A stretch of DNA of 64,000 nucleotides from the human T2T-CHM13v2.0 reference genome, Homo sapiens (GCF_009914755.1 NC_060938.1); one strand, 5' to 3'. Positions 1-15,427 are shown, counted from the stretch's first letter. The notes: generated from the letters alone by a model not told the origin. A program made the numbers and translations.

Positions 1-2063
1 TTCAATGTGTATACTTGTAAAACAATTTTAACTATCCCTTAGATATGATACATCTACTTCCTTCCTTAAATTCCTAAGGTCTACATGTTAAGTATAACAC
101 TAAATTTGAACATATATTTGCATAACAGATTAAAAGATTTCATGTAATATTGTCATGCCTTTTTTAATACTTAAATGATGAAGTTCAATGTTCAGCATGT
201 TAAACTTTCTAATTCTGGTAAAACTAAATTAATATTCCTCTTCCTATACTTTATCATTTAGGGTTAGAAACAATTTCATGGGCAATTTCACCATACCTTA
301 CTGCACCCTAAATAACCCCATACCTTCAGATGAAACTAATAAGGAGCCAGTGAAGCTTCAATGCAGATTACGATATAACTTATTGTCTACTTAGAATTTC
401 ATCTTGCAATTTTTTCATCAGAAGAAACTAAAAAAAAGCTATTCTGGACAAAGCAATTTCACTTTTGCTAAATATTCCAGAAATATGAGACTTAGAGCTT
501 TATGGTAATTTATAGAATTTGAAAAGAATATTTAAAACAGCTTTTAAATTGATAGTGACTTTTAAGGAAAATTTAGTTTTCAATTTGCATTTTGATTGCA
601 GGTTTTATAGGAAAAGAAAACACATAACTCCAACGACTCTAAACTTCTGGGAGGTCAGTCCCCAGGCATGGTTCAATTACCAGAGCCATCTCCATATGGA
701 GAAAAGGAGCAGCTCAGTTAGTGTTTAATTCTTGTTAATTCTTGCCCTTCCTTTGAGAGTGTCATGGCTACAACTTCGACAAGAAGTTCTACAAACTTCT
801 TCATTGATGAGAGTAACCTCATCAATTAAAAAAAAAACAGACAAAAATGTCTATTTCCAGCTATTAAAAAAATGGTAAAGTGTAGCATGGAAAGAAAATG
901 AGGAAACAAAACAAAATAAAACAAAATTTAATATATTTTTTGAAAAGCTTTAGACTTCTGAAAAAAATTATACTTCTTTTTAATAAACATTGGGTTCTTT
1001 ATTATGAAGTCTTATATATCACAGATTTTTATAGTGCATGACTGCTCTGAAAATAAGAAAGGCACTTTTATGCTTTCTGCTATATTCCATCTTTTTTCTT
1101 CTTCAAAGGTGAAAATATAGTAAGGTTTATATTATTTTTCCTATCATAAAACCTGAACCAGAAGAAATCTAATGGAATGTGAAGTTTTATAACAGGGGTA
1201 AGATTTTTAGATTGTCTTTCATCGAATGAAAAAATTCGCTATCTAACAGTATAATCCCATTGGTTTCCTAGCCTAGTATTTAAATATTATGCTATTCATG
1301 GGTAGTTATTACTTCTTAGAGAATGTATATCATAATTATGATTTTGCCTGAATTTTATAACTAGAATAAAGATTTTTTTTGCTTTTTGTCTGTTTTATCT
1401 TTTACTTTTACCTCTTCATTATTTTACAGTTATGCAATTATTTAGAAAGTCTAACAATACAAAGAAATGAAATCAAAATGGCATGCATAATTATTATTTG
1501 ATAAATGTTGACACATATCTACATTATTACTATAAATATCAATATGCATTACAGTAATATAAGTAGTAGCCATTATATGTAAACATTTTATTTAAATGCT
1601 GAATCTTCCTGTTAAAAATACCAAGTAATGATCTTCAAGAGTATGGTTTTTAAAAACTTTTGTCAACATATGCTTTCTACTAAAATCAGTAGTAATGAAT
1701 TATTAAATGTATAGAAAGATAATTTTGTGCTTTTAATTTTATTTGGTTCAAAATTTATCTAATATAAAATTATTTCTGCCCTCCTTATTATTCAAGCATT
1801 TGAATAGAAAGAAATAGATACATTGATTGTGACCCCTCAATATTGAGTTGGTTCTCTTCCTTATTATGTTGATAACTACTAAAAAATTCTCAGGGTTTTT
1901 AGATACCAAATATAATAAAAAGTAGAATGAAACACCTACTGCTTTTTTTTTTCCCCAAACTACTGTCATGATCATTAAAACTGTGTTTACACAATTGCAC
2001 ACACAAATATATGTGTAGATCGACAGATAAATAGATAGATAGATATATGTAGTAGATTTTTTA

Positions 2064-3515
<1,452 letters not shown>

Positions 3516-5001
3516 ATAAAAGGCTACAAACTGTACGTTTATATTTATGTGGCCTCTTGAAAGTCAAAACTATGGAGGCAAAAAACAAAAAGAGTTTTTA
3601 GGAGCTGCAACTGGATGAGGAGGTGTTGACTACAGTGAGATATAGAGAATTTCTGGGGATAATGCAGTAGTTCCTATCTCGATTATGGTGACTGTTACAC
3701 AAATGTGTGAAGTTGTCAGAACTCATAATATTTTAGTAAAAGATGTACATTTAAGGTCAATAAAAATACTAGTTTGCATACACAATCAAAATTAATCTGC
3801 TCATGGTGTTGTCTCCTGGGATCTTTCACTCAGGCATAAATATAAATAAATACTTATATAGGGAAAGGTACCATATATAGAAAAGTTACTATAGAAAAAC
3901 AGATACGGGTACTGAAGGCTCAGCTGTATGCCAAATATTGCCTTTATGCTCCTTACATATTGTATTATTAAAACAGAACTGTAGCTATTTTCCTGGTAAG
4001 AAACTGACATCTTAAATAGGTTAAAGTAACTTTATACCGTCAAGGGTTAGACAGTGGCAAGACAGAGACTGATTCCAGCCTTACTGACAGCCTGGTTTTT
4101 ATCTCCTTTACATAGCACATTTTCAGAAAATATCTTGCATGTTGTACCTGATAGTTGAAAGACAGAATGAAATGATCTTTTAATTTGGGAGGACTCCATT
4201 AAAATTGTGTTCATAAATAAACTGTTAGAACAAGGCCTCAAATAAATTTTTGAAATTGTCTTAATATGAAAAACAGAAGAGAGAATAATTAACATCATGG
4301 ATTAAGTATGTACTTATATTTTGTGTGTAAAAAAATAAGATTTTGCAGTGTGATCAATGTTGGCTTTTAATGGAATTCACACAATATTTCCAACGGTTCA
4401 CTAATGCAAAGCACGTGCAAAGATTTTGCACTTATCAGTTAGATTAGGGTAATAATAATATGTCAAGTTGATACGCTCTTGAATAATGAGGGTGAAGTAG
4501 AGAGGATAGAGCAAATCAAATTGCAAGAATAACGGAAGCACATATATTCAAATGAAACACTGGCAGACACTATAAGTGGATCAATAATTTAAATTTCCAA
4601 ATTTTATTTTTAACATATCAGAAGCTATTTTTTTCTGAAAGATCAGGATTTGTTATTCATTGTTTGTAAACATATGCTTACAGTATAATTAAAAGCATGC
4701 AAGATTGGCCATGAGAAGTCAAGGTTATCATTACAAATTACTATTATTAAATGAAGTTTATGACGTTGGAATGTAAGTTTTACATATCTTCATTTTCATT
4801 AGTAACTACTGTTAAGTTTTATTTAGTATTAAATAGATACTAAAATAAAATTTATACACATGCCTGGAGATAAATGAAATACATTTATTTTCATGACTAA
4901 TATTTTATAATGTTTATATCTTCCTTTACTAAACATTAAAGAAATCATCTACATTGACATTTTCTCAGCCTATCATACATATGATAAAAAATAAAAAACG
5001 T

Positions 5002-5308
5002 GGCTGGGCGTGGTGGCTCACGCCTGTAATCCCTGCACTTTGGGAGGCCGAGGCAGGTGGATGACGAGGTCAGGAGATCGAGATCATCCTGGCTAACATG
5101 GTGAAACGCCATCTCTACTAAAAATACAAAAAAATTAGCTGGGCATGGTGGTAGGTGCCTGTAGTCCCAGCTACTCAGGAGGCTGAGGCAGGAGAATGGC
5201 ATGAACCCTGCAGGCAGAGTTTGCAGTAAGCCAAGATTGTGCCACTGCACTCCAGCCTGGGCAACAGAGCGAGACTCCATCTCAAAAAATAAACTAAAAT
5301 AAAAAATA
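5002..5308 (+). mobile_element. AluY-type SINE
   Basis: Full dimer with gagatcgagatcatcctggctaac and gagaatggcatgaacc; TSD approx. AAAAATAAAAAAC(G/A)T on both sides. Confidence 0.93.
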
Positions 5309-5691
5309 AAAATAAAAAACATTTGTCAAATAAATAAATACTGTAGGGTAGCAAAGTGACCTAAGCTATTACAGTCTTGAACAACTTTGTATTTTTCCTA
5401 AAAATTATAGCAACAGAAAATTTTGAAGACATTAATAATTAGCTACTTTCCTCTAAATGTTTTCCTAATTATAGTAAAAATGAGTCTCAGAGTATTCTGA
5501 CATTATCATACATTTAATTAACTAAATTTACTAGCAGGCAAGCACAATACTTCATGCAGCCTCTTCACTAACCTCAAGCAAATGCCAGCTCCTTGTCCAT
5601 TCAGGTGATATACTACCACTTATGTAAATGGTTACTCCACACCAACCCAATTTCCCAAGGCAGACTTTGGCTACTCTTCCTAACAAGAATC

Positions 5692-6772
5692 AGACATCTA
5701 ACAGGTGTGAAGTGAAGCTTACTGTGATTTTTATTTACATTTCCCTCATGATTAATGATGTTGAGCACCATTTCATATACTAGTTGCCATTTTTATATCT
5801 TTTTGGAAAAGTGTCTATTAATGCCCTTTGCTGATATTGTGATTAGATTATTTGTTTTTTGTCTTGTTTTTGTTTTGCCACTGAGTTGTGTGAGTTCTTT
5901 ATGTACTTTGAATATTAACTGCCTTTTCATTTGATTGTTTCCTTTACTGTGCAGAAGCTTTTTTATTTGATGCAATCCAATTTGTCTATTTTAAATTTTG
6001 TTTCCTGAGCTTTTTGTGTAATATCGAAAATATAATTACAAAGACCAATATTAAGGATCTTTTCTACTATGTTTGCTTCTGGTAGTTTTCCAGTTTCAAG
6101 TCTTATGTTTGGGTCTTTAATCCATTTTGACTTCAATTATATATATAAGGGTTTAGTTTTATTCTTTTGCATGCATATATGCAGGTTTCCCATCATCTGA
6201 AAAGGCTATCCTTTCCCCATTCTGTCTTCTTGGTACCCTTGTGGAAACTTAGGTCTGTACACACTTGAGTTTATTTCTTGGCTCTCTATTCTGCTCCATT
6301 TGTGCATTTGTCTATTTGTCTCTCTATTTCTTGGCTCTCTATTGTGTTCCATTTGTGTATGTGGCTATTTTTATGTAAGTACCATATTGTTTTAATTACT
6401 ATAGCCTATAGCATTGCAATATAATTTGAGATCAGTAATTGTGATACTCCAATTTTGTATTTTCTTTTTCAAGATTGTTTTGGCTATTAGGGGTCCTTTT
6501 GTAGTTTCATACAAATATTAGAAGATTTTTCTATTTATGTGAAGAGTACCATTAGAATTTTGATAGGAGTTTTATTGAATCTGTGTATCACTGGGTAATA
6601 GAAACATTTTGACAATATTAAATCTTTTAATTTATGAATATGGGATACATTTCCATTTTCTTTTGCAATCTTCAATGTCCTTCATCAATGTTTTATAGTT
6701 TTCAGTGAACAGATCATTCAATTACTTGGTTAAATTTACCTCTAAGAATTTTGTTTCTTTTCCATACCTTTT
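5692..6772 (-). mobile_element. L1MA-type ORF2 segment (inverted 5' part of a twin-primed L1)
   Basis: Antisense L1 ORF2 starting catctaacaggtgtga (rc tcacacctgttagatg); ORF 5793..5975 has L1-like IKKLLHSKGN. Confidence 0.85.
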
Positions 6773-7352
6773 AAGATAGCAGCAAAAGACAACAAATGTT
6801 GGTGAGGGTGTGGCGAAAAAGGAACAGTGTACACTGGTGGATGTAAATTGGTACAGTGATTATAAAAACAGTATGGTGAGTCCTTGAAAAATTAAAAATA
6901 GAATTATAATATGACCCCAAATTCTCACTTTTGGGCATGTACCCAGCCATAAAATAAAATCAATATATTAAACAGATACCTGCACTCTCATGTTCACTAT
7001 AGCAGTATTCACAATGGCAAAGGTATGAAAACAACCTAGGTGTTCAGTGTTCATCTCAGGAGAATAGCTAAAGAAATTGTGGTGCATACATGCATGCACA
7101 CAGACACACACACATAATGAAATATTTATCCTTGAAAAAGAGATAACTTCTATTTGTGACAACATGGATGAACCTGGAACACATTATGCTAAGTGAAGTA
7201 ATTCAGAAATAGAAAGAAAAACACATATAAGTGATCTCACTTGTTTTTGAGAATGTAAATAAGTCAAAAACATGGAATCAGAGAGTAGAACTGTGGTTAC
7301 GAGGGCATCTAGGGTGGGAGAGGGGGAGAAAATGGGGAAATGTAGGTCAAAG

Positions 7353-8859
7353 TGAGAGGTGACAGTGTGCTGGCAGCCCTCGCTCACTCTCAGCGCCTCC
7401 TCAGCCTGGCACCCACTCTAGCTGCACTTGAGGAGCCCTTCAGCCCGCCACTGCTCTGAGGGAGCCCCTCTCTGGGCTGGCCGAGGCCAGAGCTGGCTCC
7501 CTCTGCTTGTGGGGAGGTGTGGAGGGAGAGGCGCAGGCGGGAACCGGGGCTGTGCACTGCTCTCATGGGCCAGCGTGAGTCCTGGGTGGGCGTGGGCTCC
7601 GCGGGCCCCACACTTGGAGTGGCCGGCCGCCGCCACCGGCCCTGGGCAGTGAGGGGCTTAGCACCTGGGCCAGCAGCTGCAGAGGGTGCGCTGGGTCTCC
7701 CAGCAGTGCCAGCCTGCCAGCACTGTGCTTGAATTCTCGCTGGGCCTCAGCTGCCTCCCCATGGGACAGGGCTCCGGACCTGCAGCCCACCATGCCCGAG
7801 CCTCCCCACCACCATGGGCTCCTGCACGTCCCAAGCCTCCCCAAGGAGCACCACCCCCTGCTCCACGGCGCCCTGTCCCATCGATCGCCCAAGGGCTGAG
7901 GAGTGCAGGTGCATGGTGCAGGACTGGCGAGCAGCTCCACCTGCGGCCCCTGTGCAGGATCCACTAGGTGAAGCCAGCTGGGCTCCTGAGTCTAGTGGGG
8001 ACTTGGAGAACCTTTATGTCTAGCTAAGGGATTGTAGATGCACCAATGAGCACTCTATGTCTAGCTCAAGGTTTGTAAATTCACCAACCAGCACTCTGTA
8101 TCTGGCTAATCTGGTGGGGACTTGGAGAACCTTTATGTCTAGCTAAGGGATTATAAATACACCAATCAGCACTCTATGTCTAGCTCAAGGTTTGTAAACA
8201 CACCAATCAGCACTCTGTATCTAGCTAATCTAGTGGGAACTTGGAGAACTTTTGTGTCTAGCTCAGAGATTATAAACACACCAATCAGCACCCTGTCAAA
8301 ACAGACCTATCAGCTCTCTGTAAAACAGACCAATCAGTTCTCTGTAAAATGAACCAATCAGCAGGATGTGGGTGGGGCCAGATAAGGGAATAAAAGCAGG
8401 CTGCCCTAGCTAGCAGTGGCAACCTGCTCAGGTCTCCTTCCATAATGTGGAAGCATTGTTCTTTCACTCTTTGCAATAAATCTTGCTGCTGCTCACCCTT
8501 TGGGTCCACACTGCCTTTATGAGCTGCAACACTCACTGAGAAGGTCTGCAGCTTCACTCCTGAGGCCAGCGAGACCACAAACCCACCAGGAGGAATGAAC
8601 AACTCCGGACAGCAGGAACGAACAACTCCAGACTCGCCGCCTTAAGAGCTGTAACACCCACCGCGAAGGTCTGCAGCTTCACTCCTGAAGCCAGCGAGAC
8701 CACGAGCCCACCAGAAGGAAGAAACTCTGAACACGTCCAGACATCAGAAGGAACAAACCCCAGACACATCACCTTTAAGAACTCTAACAGTCACTGCGAG
8801 GTTTCGCAGCTTCATTCTTGAAGTCAGTGAGACCAAGAACCCACCAAATTCCGGACACA
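7353..8859 (+). mobile_element. LTR12 (LTR12C/D/E-type) solo LTR of HERV9
   Basis: Starts TGAGAGGTGACAG, ends ccggacaCA; 4-bp TSD AAAG (7349-7352 and 8860-8863); GC-rich U3, CCAAT-containing tandem repeats, U5 repeats. Confidence 0.95.
7992..8480 (+). promoter_or_regulatory. LTR12 U3 enhancer/promoter: CCAAT (NF-Y) array, GATA, CACCC, TATA-like box, R-region poly(A) signal
   Basis: Six CCAAT between about 8040 and 8360; GGTGGGG near 8371; AGATAA 8380-8385; AATAAAA 8389-8395; AATAAA 8475-8480. Activity cannot be shown from sequence. Confidence 0.7.
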
Positions 8860-10844
8860 AAAGGATGAAAACTTGCAGTTGTGTAGGACAAATAAGTCTA
8901 GAGATCAAATGTACATTTTGAAGACTACAGTTAATAATACTGTAATTTATTCTAAACATTTTCCAAGGAAGTAGATTTGAGGTGCTCTTACCACACGAAA
9001 AAGGTAACTAGGAAGGTGATGAATACGTTAATTTGCTTAATTGTAGTAATCATTTTATTACACATATATGTATATAACAGCATGACATATGCATTAAATA
9101 AACACAGTTTTAAAAGAAAAAAAATTAGTCAATCCCCAGGATCAAGGCTGGCACAGGACCTCTTAGAGGATTAGCCTAAGCCATTGTCTATAAAGGTAGT
9201 ATCTATAGGTCTTGCTGTTGTATAATCTATTCAGCCAAGGGCAGTGAAAATCTCTAAAATAATTTACCCAATCTGCATTTTTTATTGACTTTATCAGTAA
9301 GAACCCATTTTTAATACAGAAAACACCTATTAATCTGTTACTATTTGTACCAATAAAACCCATTTCTCATACTTACCATGTTGATTAAGAAAGTGCTGAA
9401 CAAGGTAGTCAAAATCCCTTTTTAATCACACCTTGTGCAATATGAAGTATCTGATGGGAAAGTGTATTCTTTGGAATACTTACTGCTCTTTGCTTATAGC
9501 TTAACCTAAGGAACATGCAATATCATAATCTATGCTGACGTGTTTTCAAGAAAATCACAGACGTCATAATATGGCGGGAAAATTAATATTAACCTAACAT
9601 TAATCATATTTTGTTTTGTTCTTATTAACTCTTTTGTAACTTTAGGTCTGTTCTTTTTATAGGCAATGGCTATTCTTATTCTACATAAAATTAGAAAATC
9701 TTCTTGTCTTAAAAAAACGTTTGAACAACAAGCTATACTTACTTAAATGGACATGATAATATATCCAGACTATATATTGCATTACTTAAAAATTTCCTGA
9801 TTTCTTCAAAGTATTTTTTTAAATTTAAAAACCATGAAAGTAAATCAATTTACCATGAAATTATACTAAAAGATTTTTGAATATGCATGATATATGCTCC
9901 AAACTATGTTTTATCTAATGAGCTGTTGATTATTAATTTAAGACTTATCTAAGATAATCACTGGCATTTTAAGCTTTTGCAGTTTTTTGCAACTTAGAGA
10001 AAATATTAGAAATGGAAGCAGCTATTTTCAGTATTTTATAGCAAATGATAAAAGAATCAGAGAAATGAATAGTTTCTTATAATAGAAATTTTATGCTAGT
10101 GTAGCTTTACTGAAGGAATCACACTGCAGGAGGAAAGTAAAAAAAAATGTACACCTAATAAATAACATTTTCTCTTATAGGTTTGTGTAATTAGATCAAC
10201 CACCACAAGGGAAAAATAACTTGGCAAAAGTTATTCAATTCTTGATAATAGAAGAACAGCCAGAGGTGTAGTAAATTGCCCTAGATATATGTGCCCCAGT
10301 ATTATTTCTTAGTAATTTCTAATTAGTTCTAAGTAATTCTCCAGTAGAAGCCTTAAAGAAAAGCACATATTCAAGTACCAGATGTGACATAGCATCATCA
10401 ATGGCTGATTCATTATAAAAGTCATCTCTCTAGACTTTAGTTTCACCCTTCGCTTGAAATATGGAACATTGATCAAAGTAACTCAGAAAGTCCTCACTTT
10501 TTATGCACCCCTTCTCTTCTAAACACAAATAAATGATTAACAAAATACACAAAAATAAAAAGACAGACATGGGCACAATATAACATGAACAATCCCAGAT
10601 AATATGCGGAATCAGAACACCTCACATTGATTAGAGCTGAAGCCATGTCTGCTTTGCTGTCATTCTAGAAGCAAAGGCATGCAGGAATTTAATGAGAATG
10701 AGGAATAAAACCTCATCTCACTATTTGAAAACAAGTGGTGGGGAGTGAGATGAAAAAAAAGTTCCCATTTCTGAAAGAGGACCAAAAACCAAGCAGATAT
10801 CGCAAAGCCCCATACTCCCGCAGGCCTGGGGTGGGGCTGAAGGA

Positions 10845-11592
<748 letters not shown>

Positions 11593-11799
11593 ATTAGCGC
11601 ATTAGCGGAACATAGACGCATTTCAACCAGTAATGGTTGAGGTAGAGAAATCTTCAATCAGTTCTGAGACAGGAGCTCAGAAATGACCTTTCCATGACCT
11701 TATGGATCTCCACAGTGCAACTACAGGCAGATCAAGTTTAGTATTATAGTTGCATGGCTTCTGAGAACTAGGGTACTTCTAGTTTTTCAATCTCTTGGA

Positions 11800-12095
11800 C
11801 TAGTATATGGCTCTGATTATCATTATACAAAACAGTTTTCTAGATATCACATCAATGTTCCAAGTAGCAGAATAAGAAAAGGAAGAAGAGGCATTTGCCG
11901 TTCTTCTTCCATTAAAGATACAATCCTCATATCCCACTGGGTAGAGTATATAGGTAAGATCACAACTACCTACAGGCTATGTGGCCACATGTAGTCTACA
12001 TTCCAGCTGACCATATGCCCAACCACAATGTAGGAATTGTATTGCTGTATAAAAGACATACTAGATCTGTAGAGCAATCATTAATCTCTGCCACA
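11800..12095 (-). mobile_element. Very old MaLR (MLT1J/K-like) fragment
   Basis: Degenerate similarity only; ends tctctgccaca. Confidence 0.35.
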
Positions 12096-12548
12096 AATTT
12101 TGAGCAAGTAATTAATAAAAATGTTAAAAATTGAGTTATATAAATATAAAATATTGTGTAAGAAACACTAAAAAATATTAGATGATACTAAAAAGATAGA
12201 AGATTAAATTTTCAACATAAACTAAGTATCTGTGAGATAAAGAGGCTAACATATTATTTAAAAAAATAGAGGATTTAAGCGGAAAAATACATGGATTTAT
12301 TTTATGAACATATAGAAAACTATGTATCTTTTACATAGAGGATATGTATTACTTCTAAGGTATCAAGTAATTTTCACAAAAAATGACCACTTTCTAACTT
12401 AAAATGAATATATGGGTCATTTTCAGTTGGATGTTTAATATTAGAACAATTAAAAATAAACACTACTGTGTATGCTCACAAATCAGGAAGTTCATGCCTG
12501 AAGAAAGGCATGCATAATATGCAAATTTCAATTAAAACAAGAAACTTT

Positions 12549-13070
12549 TGTAGTTAAGATAAACAGCTTTCTTGTCCCCTCTCCAAGAAGATGCCCAAGT
12601 CCTAATGCTTGAAGCTTTGTGAATTTATTAATTTATATGCAATGCAGAATTAAGTTTGCAGGTGGAATTTTTTCCAAACAATTGAAAATACAGAGATTAT
12701 CCTGAATTATCTATGTGGCCTCAATGCCGTCATAACAGGTAAAAGTGGAAGAGAGGCACAAGAGAAGTGAGAATCAGTGAAAGACAGGTAAAAATGAAAG
12801 GAAGTCAGAAAGATGTTTGTCTGGTTTTGAAATGGAAAAAGGAGCCAAAAGCCAATGGATGTGGACAGCTTCTCAAAACCAAAGAAAGCAATGAAATAGA
12901 ATCTCCCCTACAGCCTCCAGAAAGAAACATAGCTTTGTAGATTCTTTGCTCTCAACTTGGTGAGAAAGCTGTTGGGTTTCTGACCTCCAGATCTGTGAGA
13001 TAATAAATGTGTATTATTTAAGCCACCAAGTTTGTGTAACTTGTAAGTGAAGAAAATGGAAAATTAATAA
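12549..13070 (+). mobile_element. MLT1 (MLT1D/E-like) MaLR LTR
   Basis: gagattatcctgaattatct, tctcccctacagcctccagaaag, tgacctccagatctgtgagataataaatgtg...aagccaccaagtttgtg; candidate TSD ACTTT. Confidence 0.8.
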
Positions 13071-14039
13071 ACTTTTGAAATGACTTTAAATCAGTTTGTC
13101 ATATATCAATATTATTAATGATACCAAAGCAGTACTTAGGTAAAAATGATTAAATGTGGTTTAAAAAAGAGTTAAAAGGTAGAGATTAAATGCATTACAT
13201 TTATCAACACAAAAATTAGATAAACTATGATTTGAAGAAGGCAGCATTTCCTTTTCCTCTATTGGAAATTACATAAAGATGACAAGAAAGCTGAGAAATT
13301 GAAACGCAACTTGCATTTTTAGAAAAATTATGACACAGCTAAACAACCCCTGAAAAACACATTAAAAATTAGGTAAAACTGCAGCCCGATGCAATGGGGC
13401 TCAAATATTAGTAATTGCTCTAAGAACTTGAAAAGACTAGGGCAATTAGTCTCAGAAGTCGCGAGAAAATAGGCTCCTTGATTTGGCCATGCCTCCAGTA
13501 AATCTCTTTTATTTAGTAATGAAAAAGCATAGCATATAGTGAGCATGGCTTCTCTGGAACCAGTTTTCTTCCCAGAAATGGCAAATAAAGGAATCATACA
13601 AGCAGGTCATATATTCAGGATGAAGCCATCTCTACATCAGGAGGGAATGAAGAGTTGTTATCCTCTAGAACAAGTGAGAACTAGGAATAAACAAATTTAC
13701 CCTCAAAACCAAGGAGCAAAAGAAAAAAATTATAAGTAACTAGCATCTGGAACTAAGCGTTTTCCAACATGAAACTCCTACAAACAGATAACCTAAAAAA
13801 TGAAAGACAGTGCAAAGATACTACAAGGAAAATAAACATCTTTTTAATTAGACAACAAAGCAGTTATTAGAAATGTTTTGTTACATCTTGGTGAAATGCA
13901 AATAAAATAATATACTGAATGCAGTAATCACCTCTATGAATCAATAGAACAAAATAGAAATATAAGAACTTAAGAAAAAATAGTAAAATGACAGAGACAG
14001 AAAAAACAATGTGACAGAATGAGCTCAGGACAAATTGAA

Positions 14040-14420
14040 TTTCATTCTGTCAACAAATATGTTATTTATTATAAAACTTTTGAGAAGCTAATGTATGATA
14101 GGCACTATTTGAGAAATGTGTTATATTAGGAAACAAAACAGACAAATACCCCTATTGTCATGGACTTTATATGATGGAAGGAAGGTGGACTGGATAGAAA
14201 AGTAAACATGCTAATCACATAAATTGTTATTGTATTTATATATTATATTATATAAGAATATCCAAAGTAAAATGGAAGAGTCAGTATATCAGGATAAGGA
14301 TGAGGAGCTGGCAGTGTGATTGAAGTATCATTAAGGCAAGATTTGCATGCAGATGTCAAGAGAATTAGTGAATTTGCCAAGCAAATAACCACAAGAAAAG
14401 CATCCTGGCAATGAAACCAG
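14040..14420 (-). mobile_element. L2 3' fragment
   Basis: ttcattctgtcaacaaatat...ggcactattt...aacaaaacagacaaatacccct...catggacttta. Confidence 0.5.
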
Positions 14421-15427
14421 CTAAAACAAAAATCCTAAGGCAAGCATGTATCTCTGAGCTCTTGAGAGGCCCCAAGCTTCATACAGGAATCAATATCTCT
14501 TCTAGCAGTTTCACAACAGCTTCCAGGTTACCAAAAAAGGAGCATGCTCAACTACAAGATTTACCAAGCTCAGGAAAATCCAAAGCTATGGCTTTACCCA
14601 GGTTTTTATGGTGTGATTCTTTTTTAATAGTATCTCCAGTCCAGAAGTGGCTTAGTAATCAGTGTTGTTATTGTTGTTTTATTTTTCCTGCTAAAACCAA
14701 TGTTGCCTGAGAACACAGCTGACATTCTACCTTTATCAGATTGCTAGCAACTAGAAGGCAAATTCAAGGTTTATGTGTTTTTCCTGATAGTGTGTATGTT
14801 TTATCACTTTAAATTATTGACCTATAATTATACGTATTTATGGAGTACAGTGTTGCAATGCATGTGTACATTATACAATAATTAAATCAGGGTAATTACC
14901 ATATCCATCCTTTAAATATGTGTTCAAAATGGATGGAAGAAGAGAAAAGTTTGTTGTTTTTCTCTTTACTCATGCCTACTATTCATAGTAACTTTGTATC
15001 TATAGTTGTGTTAAAATGTCCTCTAGAGGGAATACTTAAAATGCATAGACCACAGAATTCCAGAATTTAAATAAGATGTCAAACCAAAACACAATATTTG
15101 CTTGGGAATTACCTTTTACTCTCTGGCATACAGGTGTCTCACTGAAACATCAACTTCATTTTCTTCAGGACCTATCAAGAAAAGTGGAATCAAGTGAACT
15201 TTTACTAGACCACCATCATGTTTTATTGAATATTCAGATTAGAAAGGTCCTTTTAGACTAAATTTCGATATAGCTTATCAGCGTTTGTAGCATTTTAAAG
15301 AAGAGTTGTGATGATGTACTCTGAAACAGATTACTCATGAGGCTAATGTAGTTTAAATTTCAGGACCTCTAATTTGGAAAGCTCCCTACCTAGCCCTACC
15401 TGAGAGACAAACTGTGTGTGTTTGTCA

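Larger units (their letters stand above)
6773..9125 (+). mobile_element. L1MA-type 3' end (sense part of the same element), interrupted by LTR12
   Basis: aaaagacaacaaatgttggtgagggtgtgg...; atgtaggtcaaag|gatgaaaacttgcagtt is rejoined across the LTR; A-rich end near 9112-9124. Confidence 0.85.

Noticed and set aside
4945-5322. 125-aa ORF and similar ORFs at 11043, 15487, 15797, 17006, 24728, 32363, 45089, 49052
   Set aside because: Translations of Alu sequence ([19 protein letters not shown]), not genes
7390-8772. Cluster of overlapping ORFs and a regularly spaced repeat array
   Set aside because: ORFs result from GC-rich LTR12 sequence. The repeats are LTR12 U3/U5 tandem units without unique spacers, so not CRISPR
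15320-15400. Possible hAT-Tip100 (Zaphod/MER45-like) terminus
   Set aside because: Similarity too short and degenerate, and I could not find the other end
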